DNA from: Marinicella sp. | GTDB lineage: Bacteria > Pseudomonadota > Gammaproteobacteria > Xanthomonadales > Marinicellaceae | DNA length: 64,000 nucleotides | Assembly (NCBI GenBank): GCA_965230295.1 | Contig: OZ246001.1 | Coordinates: 2,016,001-2,080,000 of the forward strand | Direction: 5' to 3' | In this document: positions 57,220-64,000 of the stretch, piece after piece | How the letters are laid out: every line of letters starts with the position of its first letter | Numbering within the stretch: the first letter of the stretch is position 1 | The notes under the pieces: generated by a model | The model's database searches: none | The model's input: the letters and a program-made list of their open reading frames with translations, nothing else | What the model was told of the DNA's origin: nothing | Made by a program: the position numbers and the translations under genes

Positions 57220-57244
57220 ATAAGAATTCTTTTTCAAATTGGCA

Positions 57245-57304
57245 CTAAGCCACCCCGTTGTCAGTTAACGCATGGTGATGGGTATGTGCAAATCTTGTGT
57301 TCAT
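57245..57304 (-). CDS. hisL: His leader peptide 1 (MNTRFAHTHHHALTDNGVA), probably leaderless
   Basis: Four His codons (CAT ACC CAT CAC CAT); 3' part aacggggtggct can pair with the 5' arm of terminator 1. Confidence 0.82.
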   Translation of the reverse strand: MNTRFAHTHHHALTDNGVA

Positions 57305-57311
57305 GGTTCGC

Positions 57312-57340
57312 ATGTTAGAGAGGTTTGTTGGGTTTGTCAA
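57312..57340 (-). promoter_or_regulatory. Sigma70 promoter of the his operon
   Basis: TTGACA (57340-57335), 17 nt spacer, TAACAT (57317-57312). Confidence 0.8.
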
Positions 57341-57542
57341 CGGTTTATTTTAAGTGGATTGACAATTAAATGATTCGTGGACAAAAAATTGTAAAACAGT
57401 TATTCCGAGGCTTGTGCGTGAACTTGCTGTAACAGCCCATCATTGTGTAGTAAAATAAGCTGATCATAAATTGTAGAATGATCCATTGACCATGTATGAG
57501 ATGTAAGGCAATGGATGCTCAACGTAATCAAAAGGATTTGCC

Positions 57543-60500
57543 ATGTCATATTTTTTCCATTATCTGAGACAGCATTTGATGCTGATCGGACTTGTTTTGT
57601 CTACAACTGCTTCCTCTTCCAAACAGTTCAGCCAAATGAATCATGCGCCTATTAACGAAGCGCCTCATGCTGTGAGTGAAAATTCATGGAAGGTTTTGAA
57701 TCAAACCATTCACGATATGAAGTTATTGCCTTCACCTGCAGGCATCGGCTCTGAGGATGCCGGATTTTTCGGTGAAAGCGTTGCTGTTGAAGGAGACCGG
57801 GCTTTGATTGGGGCGCCTGGTGTGCTTGGGCACGGAGTGGTTTTTGTGTTTGATTGGATCGGTGACTCTTGGGTGAAAACCGATGTGTTGGAGCCGGTTG
57901 ATGGGGAAGATGGAGATCAATTTGGTGGCTCTGTGAGTCTTTCCGGTGGGCGTGTTTTGGTCGGCGCCTATCAAGATGATGATTTCGGCAATGCATCAGG
58001 TGCAGCCTATGTATTTGAATTCAATCAAGGGGTGTGGACGCAAACCAATAAATTGTTACCCCAAGATCCAGCAGCCAATGACCATTTTGGCAGGGCCGTG
58101 AGTTTGTTTGCAGATCGTGCTTTGATTGGTTCATCACAGGATGACGACAACAACACCAGTTCTGGGTCTGTCTATGTATTCGATTTGGTCAATGGACAGT
58201 GGAGTGAAACATTCAAGATAAAGCCAGATGATGGGGCTTTCGGTGATGTTTTTGGTTATTCAGTCAGTTTATCCACCGATCGTGCTTTGATTGGTGCCTA
58301 CGGTGATGACGATGAATTCAATCTCTCCGGTTCTGCCTATATTTTTGACTACTTCAATGGCCAATGGTCTCAGACACAGAAATTAACTGCTGCTGATTCT
58401 CAAACCTGGGCAAATTTTGGTTATGCAGTCAGTTTGGATGGAGATCGGGCTTTGGTAGGCGCCTACAATGATGATTCAGGGTTCATCGATTCAGGTTCGG
58501 CTTATGTGTTTGAGTTAGCAGCAGGTGTTTGGGGACAAACAGAAAAACTAACTGCATCTGATCAGGCAGAAAGTGATCGCTTTGGACGTACGGTGATGTT
58601 GTCAGGAGATCGCGCATTGATTGGCAGCCGTGATGACGATGACAATGGCTTGAATTCAGGATCGGCCTATTTATTTGAACTCAATGGAGGTGTTTGGTCC
58701 GAGACCATTAAATTGACCCCCAATGATGGTGCCTTAAGCGATTGGTTTGGTGCAGCTGTAGGGTTGTCGGGTGACCGGGTCATCATCGGTGCCAATGGAG
58801 ACAATGATTTTTTTCCACAGTCTGGGTCAGCCTATTATTTCGCTTTGAATGAGGGAACTTGGTCACAACAACAAAAATTAACCGCGGGTGAAGGCGCTGC
58901 TGCAGATCAATTCGGGTTTTCGGTCAGCATTTCCGGCAACCGCGCTCTGGTTGGCGCCATTTATGACAAGGACAACGGCAACAATTCCGGATCAGCCTAT
59001 ATATTTGAATACAATGACAGCGACTGGATACAAACGGCCAAATTGCTTGCTGCTGATGGCGAACCTTTTGATGTATTTGGGTATTCGGTCAGCTTGTCTG
59101 GAGATCGGGCTTTGGTGGGCGCATTTGGTGAGGATGATCAAGCTGCACAATCAGGGGCCGCTTATATCTTCGAGTTGGATTCAGGGGTGTGGTCGCAGAC
59201 TGCCAAACTAAAGGCAGACAATGCCAGTGCGGATGACTTTTTTGGTTATTCGGTGAGCTTGTCGGGCAGTCGGGCATTGGTGGGCGCCTATCTGGCGGAT
59301 GGCAAAGGCATCACCGATTCAGGTGCCGCTTATATGTATGATCTAGTTGGTGGTATATGGATCCAAACCACAGAATTAAATACAGACGATGCAGAGGTCA
59401 ATGACCGGCTTGGTGTGGCAGTGAGCCTGGATGGAGATCGGGCATTGGTGGGGGCATTTCTTGAGGATGACAATGGCAACAATGCGGGTTCTGCTTATGT
59501 GTTTGATAACAACATGGGAACGTGGAATCAGACGCAGAAATTGTTGGCCAATGATGGGTCGGGCTTTGACCATTTTGGTCGTGCTGTTAGCTTATCAGGC
59601 AACCGGGCTTTGGTTGGTGCTTACTTGGACGACGAGAATGGCACCAATTCAGGTTCTGCCTATGTGTTTGATTTTGATGTTGGTAGTTGGTCTCAGTCGA
59701 GCAAGTTGATGGCTTCTGATGGTGTTTTGGGCGATGAATTTGGTCGTGCCGTAAGCCTTGAAGGTGATCGTGCGCTGGTGGGTGCTTATTTGGATGATGA
59801 TCAGGGCATAGAATCAGGGTCAGCTTATGTATTTGAATTATCTGATGGATCATGGTCTCAACTCAATAAACTGACTGCTGCCGATGGCCAAGCCAATGAC
59901 CAATATGGTTTTTCAGTCAGTCTTGAAGGTGATGCGGCATTGATCGGTGCGTTCTTAACAGATGATCACGGCCTCGACTCAGGATCAGCATACGTGGTGG
60001 ATGTGGTCCCAAAATATACAGTTTCGGTTGATGTATCGGGTTTGGCATCAGGTAACTCGGTGGCGTTCAGGAACAATGGGGTTGATCCTTTATTGGTGTC
60101 GACCAATGGCTTGACCACATTTGTCACACCCATACGTGATGGCAATGCATATGATGTGACTGTCCACCCGCCTCAACCCTCCAATCCAAACCAAATATGT
60201 GTAGTCACAGACCCTATGGGTAGCATCGAATCGGCCGATGTGGTGTTGGATGTTGTTTGTACCACTTTGACATATTTCATTGGTGTGACGGTAACAGGCC
60301 TCGATGACAACAACACAATCGAGTTAACCACCAACATGCAAAGCCTGGTTTTTAACACCAACACCATGATGAATTTTCCATTACCACTGGATGATGGCAC
60401 CGACTATTCAGTGTTGCTCACGGCTCAACCAGTTGATCCAAATCAAACCTGCGTTGTGACCGGTGGCAACAGTGGAAGTAATGATGGTTCAGGCGCCCTC

Positions 60501-61094
60501 AATGGAATGGATGCGATGGTTGCTGTTGATTGCACCACCAATCAATATGCCATTGGCATCAATTTATCGGGATTGGCAGCAACCAATTCTGTCAGTTTCA
60601 CCAATGGAGATGACACCCTGATGATGTTTGCAGATGGGTTGTCGGTGCTTTCGACCTTGGATGACGGGTCACTCTATGATGTAAACATCGCCACTCAACC
60701 ACAATCGCCCAATCAAACCTGTTCATTTCTATCAGCCAATTCTGGCACTTTGGCAGGGCTGGGAGTGCAAATAGAAGTGAGTTGTATCACCAACAGTTAT
60801 TTCATTGGAGGAATTGTTGATGGTTTGCTTTCTGGTAATTATTTGGTGTTGCAAAACAATGGTGGTGATGACAAAGTCATCACTGTAGACGGCCCGTACA
60901 TTTTTGATAGCCCCTTGCTTGATGAGCAAACCTACAGTGTCACGATTGATCTGCAACCGAACAATCCGATTCAACCGTGTTTTGTCCAAAACGGGCAATC
61001 AACTCTGGCAGGTGCCGACGTGACCAATGTCAACATAGAATGTTTGTTTGGCGATGATTTGATTTTTCGCGACTCCTTTGGGAACTTCGATTAA
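57543..61094 (+). CDS. Large secreted FG-GAP repeat protein (14 repeats) with four Ig-like repeats and C-terminal DLIFRDSF tag
   Basis: 14 units of FGxsVslxGDRALvGA...SGSAYvF; four units of YxIGxxVxGL...YxVxxxxQPxxPnQxC. Confidence 0.9.
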   Translation: MSYFFHYLRQHLMLIGLVLSTTASSSKQFSQMNHAPINEAPHAVSENSWKVLNQTIHDMKLLPSPAGIGSEDAGFFGESVAVEGDRALIGAPGVLGHGVVFVFDWIGDSWVKTDVLEPVDGEDGDQFGGSVSLSGGRVLVGAYQDDDFGNASGAAYVFEFNQGVWTQTNKLLPQDPAANDHFGRAVSLFADRALIGSSQDDDNNTSSGSVYVFDLVNGQWSETFKIKPDDGAFGDVFGYSVSLSTDRALIGAYGDDDEFNLSGSAYIFDYFNGQWSQTQKLTAADSQTWANFGYAVSLDGDRALVGAYNDDSGFIDSGSAYVFELAAGVWGQTEKLTASDQAESDRFGRTVMLSGDRALIGSRDDDDNGLNSGSAYLFELNGGVWSETIKLTPNDGALSDWFGAAVGLSGDRVIIGANGDNDFFPQSGSAYYFALNEGTWSQQQKLTAGEGAAADQFGFSVSISGNRALVGAIYDKDNGNNSGSAYIFEYNDSDWIQTAKLLAADGEPFDVFGYSVSLSGDRALVGAFGEDDQAAQSGAAYIFELDSGVWSQTAKLKADNASADDFFGYSVSLSGSRALVGAYLADGKGITDSGAAYMYDLVGGIWIQTTELNTDDAEVNDRLGVAVSLDGDRALVGAFLEDDNGNNAGSAYVFDNNMGTWNQTQKLLANDGSGFDHFGRAVSLSGNRALVGAYLDDENGTNSGSAYVFDFDVGSWSQSSKLMASDGVLGDEFGRAVSLEGDRALVGAYLDDDQGIESGSAYVFELSDGSWSQLNKLTAADGQANDQYGFSVSLEGDAALIGAFLTDDHGLDSGSAYVVDVVPKYTVSVDVSGLASGNSVAFRNNGVDPLLVSTNGLTTFVTPIRDGNAYDVTVHPPQPSNPNQICVVTDPMGSIESADVVLDVVCTTLTYFIGVTVTGLDDNNTIELTTNMQSLVFNTNTMMNFPLPLDDGTDYSVLLTAQPVDPNQTCVVTGGNSGSNDGSGALNGMDAMVAVDCTTNQYAIGINLSGLAATNSVSFTNGDDTLMMFADGLSVLSTLDDGSLYDVNIATQPQSPNQTCSFLSANSGTLAGLGVQIEVSCITNSYFIGGIVDGLLSGNYLVLQNNGGDDKVITVDGPYIFDSPLLDEQTYSVTIDLQPNNPIQPCFVQNGQSTLAGADVTNVNIECLFGDDLIFRDSFGNFD

Positions 61095-61167
61095 CAATGG
61101 GTTATGAATGATAAAAAACCGATAACAGTGTCTTCAACCCATATTATGAGGCATAATTTGTGGTCAA

Positions 61168-61620
61168 ATGAAGAAACTGGAAGTCATATTATTGTGCCTA
61201 TTGATCACCGGATGCAGTCATTCAGTGGGGGCCAATCACCCCGCGGTGATTTTAGATGCCTTGTATGAACAGCATGAGCAATGGCGGGGCACGCCTTATC
61301 ATTTAGGTGGTTATGGTAAAGAGGGCATCGATTGTTCCGGTTTTGTGGCCTTGACATTCAACGAATTGTTCGAAGTTCGCCTGCCACGATCCACACGAAA
61401 GCAAGCCCAAATTGAAGCTGAAATACCCAAGGTGATGATAGAGACAGGGGATTTGGTGTTTTTTAAAATTCCGAATCAAGGTGACATTTATCATGCCGGC
61501 ATCTACCTCAATGAAGGTAATTTTTTACATGCCTCTACTTCAAAAGGTGTGATGATTTCAAATCTACAAGCCCAATATTGGTCTGATAACTACTGGAAGG
61601 CTGTTCGGGTTTTGCCTTAA
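61168..61620 (+). CDS. NlpC/P60 family lipoprotein endopeptidase
   Basis: Lipobox LITGC; GTPYHLGG, IDCSGF, GDLVFF, HAGIY, FLHAS. Confidence 0.93.
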   Translation: MKKLEVILLCLLITGCSHSVGANHPAVILDALYEQHEQWRGTPYHLGGYGKEGIDCSGFVALTFNELFEVRLPRSTRKQAQIEAEIPKVMIETGDLVFFKIPNQGDIYHAGIYLNEGNFLHASTSKGVMISNLQAQYWSDNYWKAVRVLP

Positions 61621-61668
61621 CTGGAGCGTGGACTTCAGACCATGTTAAAGTTTCAGTAAGGTATACAA

Positions 61669-61724
61669 GTTCACTTCGACTCCGCTCAGTGAACGCCAGG
61701 ACACGCTGGCTGAGCGGTCGAAGC
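61669..61724. repeat. REP-like inverted pair (cttcgactccgctcag / ctgagcggtcgaag)
   Basis: Near-perfect inverted repeat downstream of the NlpC/P60 gene. Confidence 0.65.
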
Positions 61725-61762
61725 CCTGTTTGAAAAAAATAACATGGAAAGTGGGGTTCTGA

Positions 61763-61933
61763 TCACATTGAATTTTGAAAATGCGAAACAAGGCCAAGAA
61801 CATTCGTCCAACTTGTTCTGGTTGGCGTAGCCTAGCGAAGCCAGAAGAGCAAGTCAATTAAACCTATCTATGTTCGAAGTGGCCGCTTTCACATTTGATT
61901 TTTGAAAATGTGAAACAAGGCCCAAGAACATTC
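61763..61933 (-). repeat. Modular repeat family, copy D (two tandem head modules)
   Basis: Reverse complement of 61870-61933 (gaatgttcttgggccttgtttcacatttt...aaatgtgaaagcggccacttcgaacat) matches the head of copy C; 61763-61805 is a direct duplicate; GCGTAGC and GCGAAGC loops between them. Confidence 0.75.
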
Positions 61934-61981
61934 TTATGTAGGCCATTAGTCAGTATTTCACCCCAAAAATCAGCAAAAAAT

Positions 61982-62009
61982 GAACCAATCGAACCTTTGT
62001 GATTCTATA
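61982..62009 (+). promoter_or_regulatory. Possible RpoE-type promoter of lepB
   Basis: GAACCA-N16-TCTATA; weak match to the sigmaE consensus. Confidence 0.35.
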
Positions 62010-62036
62010 CATAGATCAATAAATTGAGGTAACAGC

Positions 62037-62822
62037 ATGAGCGATTTTCACTGGGATTATGAAGTATTCTTGTTTTTGGCCACCATCCTGACTTTGGCCG
62101 CATGGTTGTTCAGTAAATTCAAAAAAACCAAGGCCAACCAATCCAATAAATGGCTACAATTCTCTGCGGCTGCGGGAAGCTTCTTCCCCATTTTGTTTTT
62201 GGTGCTCTCGGTTCGATCATTTGCTTTCGAACCATTTCGAATTCCTTCATCTTCAATGATGCCTACATTATTGACCGGTGATTTCATCTATGTCGATAAA
62301 ACCGCCTACGGCATCAAAATGCCCATACTTCACAACACTTTGATCGAAACGGGCCATCCTGAACACGGTGATGTGTTTGTTTTTCGATCGGTAGAGGATC
62401 CTTCTGTTGATGTGATTAAACGAGTGATTGGCGTACCTGGTGATCACATTAAATATGACGAATCCAGCAAGCAAGTGTATGTGAATGGTGAATTGTTGGA
62501 AACCTTTAGTACTGGATTTTACCGTGGGTTCCATGATGACATTCCAGCTACGGGTTTGCGCCAAAACGACGCCAAAACAGGTGTGGTGTCACACACGATC
62601 TTACAGTCAGACTTGGTGCAGCGACATTATCAATACACCGACTTGGTGGTGCCTGATGGGCATTATTTTGGTATGGGCGATAACCGTGACTTCAGCAAAG
62701 ACAGTCGGGTGTTTGGTTTGATTCCAGAAAAAAACATTGTTGGTAAAGCAGAATTTATTTGGATGCACTGGCGACCTGATGCTTTTGGGGAAGGCTTAAA
62801 ACGCATCGGTGATCAGCTTTAA
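62037..62822 (+). CDS. lepB: Signal peptidase I
   Basis: RSFAFEPFRIPSSSMMPTL (Ser), VIKRVIGVPGD (Lys), GDNRDFSKDSR. Confidence 0.95.
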   Translation: MSDFHWDYEVFLFLATILTLAAWLFSKFKKTKANQSNKWLQFSAAAGSFFPILFLVLSVRSFAFEPFRIPSSSMMPTLLTGDFIYVDKTAYGIKMPILHNTLIETGHPEHGDVFVFRSVEDPSVDVIKRVIGVPGDHIKYDESSKQVYVNGELLETFSTGFYRGFHDDIPATGLRQNDAKTGVVSHTILQSDLVQRHYQYTDLVVPDGHYFGMGDNRDFSKDSRVFGLIPEKNIVGKAEFIWMHWRPDAFGEGLKRIGDQL

Positions 62823-63069
62823 GGTTTGTCAGTGAACAAAATCACACCGCTGGCAAGTTGTTCTTTGCGGGTAACTGTCATGTACAAATCATCAGCGACC
62901 ACCTAAAGGCCCACCACCCATGATGACAAAAGTTTTACCACCAGCCCATACCAGCCAGCTTTGCCATAGGTTTTAGGTTGTGCCAAACAAGTGGCTACCA
63001 AAGCACCATCGTAGCAAGGCTGGTAGTCCTCGCAGACTTTTTAAATGTACTTTACCCCATGATTGGTCC

Positions 63070-63167
63070 ATATAACGCCATTATCAGTTGCGTTTCTGTT
63101 GTAGTGGAGATTTTGGGTAAAGTGGCGTAACCACCCCAAAATGGAGCGAAGACCAAAGTTGTTAGAA
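63070..63167 (-). mobile_element. Degenerate integron attC-like site
   Basis: Minus strand TTCTAACAA...central hairpin attttgggg/cccaaaat...GGCGTTATAT, overlapping the stop of the upstream ORF; left arm looks shortened. Confidence 0.5.
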
Positions 63168-63575
63168 ATTTTCTTCAAAGACAGCGATACCATTCTCGAT
63201 ATTCCACCCATAGTAGCCTATTTCTTCGCTGATATAATTAACAGCTTCAATGGTGGCCTTTGTTATTTCAACAGAATTTCCGTTGATTAAAGTGTAATTT
63301 TCGATAGTAACCACTGCCCATTTTACGCCAGGACATTTGGAACACGTCCAAGACTCTATCAACGAAAATGAACCACCTTTCTTCGAAGGAGTTATCTCAA
63401 TATAACCACAGCTACATACTGGGGTGTCGATATCCAATTCCATGCCAACTTTCAATTCCTCAAGTGACATGTCTGTTCTGATTTTTGTTTGCATATCGGT
63501 CAAACTGGAAGCCTTATGGACTGTACCACAATCCAAACAGGTCAACTCAATAGCAAACCAATCAAACATTCCCAT
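63162..63575 (-). CDS. Hypothetical Cys-rich protein (MGMFD...CxxCG...QTK), probable gene cassette
   Basis: AT-rich ORF with two CxxC pairs and a CxC; stop codon lies inside the TAAC of the attC-like site. Confidence 0.6.
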   Translation of the reverse strand: MGMFDWFAIELTCLDCGTVHKASSLTDMQTKIRTDMSLEELKVGMELDIDTPVCSCGYIEITPSKKGGSFSLIESWTCSKCPGVKWAVVTIENYTLINGNSVEITKATIEAVNYISEEIGYYGWNIENGIAVFEENF

Positions 63576-64000
63576 TTTTAATCCCAGTGAATTACCAACG
63601 CCTTTGTAATAGACATTTTTTGCCAAAATAGAATAAATAATAGTTCCCTGGCTTTTTCATTATTTTGTCAATACAGTTCATGGCTACTTGGTAGAGCTAA
63701 CAAATTATTATTTGCGTATTTGTATACATCATGAATAAGTGATTTTAGCATAAGTGATTGATTACTGGTTAAGCAGGACAGCACTGTTTCGCGTCAGCAC
63801 CATGTGGACCATTTAGGGTAAATTGCAAAGAGGTGATTTCGGTTCATTGCAAATTCTAATAACAGGAGCAACAAGACAGATAAGCAAAGAACCATTGCCT
63901 TGAGACCACAATTACATCAGGATAACTTGAAACAAATGAACCAAAGCATCTCATCAATTAAATGGCCTTTGGTTCCAATTGTTTTGATGACGTACATTTT

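Noticed and set aside
57020-57223. + strand 67-aa ORF over the his leader
   Set aside because: Antisense shadow of the attenuator region with no recognisable protein features.
57750-60000. CRISPR-like or tandem DNA periodicity of about 165 bp
   Set aside because: Degenerate in-frame coding repeats of the FG-GAP protein; no identical repeats with unique spacers and no cas genes.
61645-61857. 70-aa minus-strand ORF
   Set aside because: Made of REP-like and modular repeat sequence.
1-64000. tRNA, rRNA, prophage or defence-system genes
   Set aside because: None recognised by eye; a tRNAscan/Infernal/DefenseFinder run would be needed to exclude them fully.

Overview
A ~43-45% GC chromosomal window, by gene content most like a marine Xanthomonadales-related gammaproteobacterium such as Marinicella (inferred, not verified). 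It runs from the 3' part of glmS through pdxB, nadB-nadA, two TPR-bearing Ser/Thr kinases (one paired with an ECF sigma factor), a GT-C/YfhO/GT2 glycosylation cluster, SPFH plus an unannotated Arc-type regulator, an ABC/DUF4097 cluster, a phosphate-starvation cluster (pit, DUF47, olsF-like, PAP2, truncated glycosyltransferase, Pho-box-like repeats), TRAP, RND, GGDEF and AAC(6')-like genes, a his operon with two unusual fusions, an FG-GAP surface protein, NlpC/P60, lepB and a probable degenerate integron cassette. Three signals stand out. (1) The his operon has two complete His-leader attenuators in tandem, the first apparently leaderless behind a TTGACA-N17-TAACAT promoter. (2) A nested, modular repeat family occurs at four loci, with hairpin modules inserted into one another and GNA-triloop hairpins mostly on one strand of the element. 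(3) Four unrelated secreted proteins share a C-terminal D[LV]IFxxxF[ED/G] tag that looks like a sorting or anchoring signal. All calls come from reading the sequence; no searches were run.
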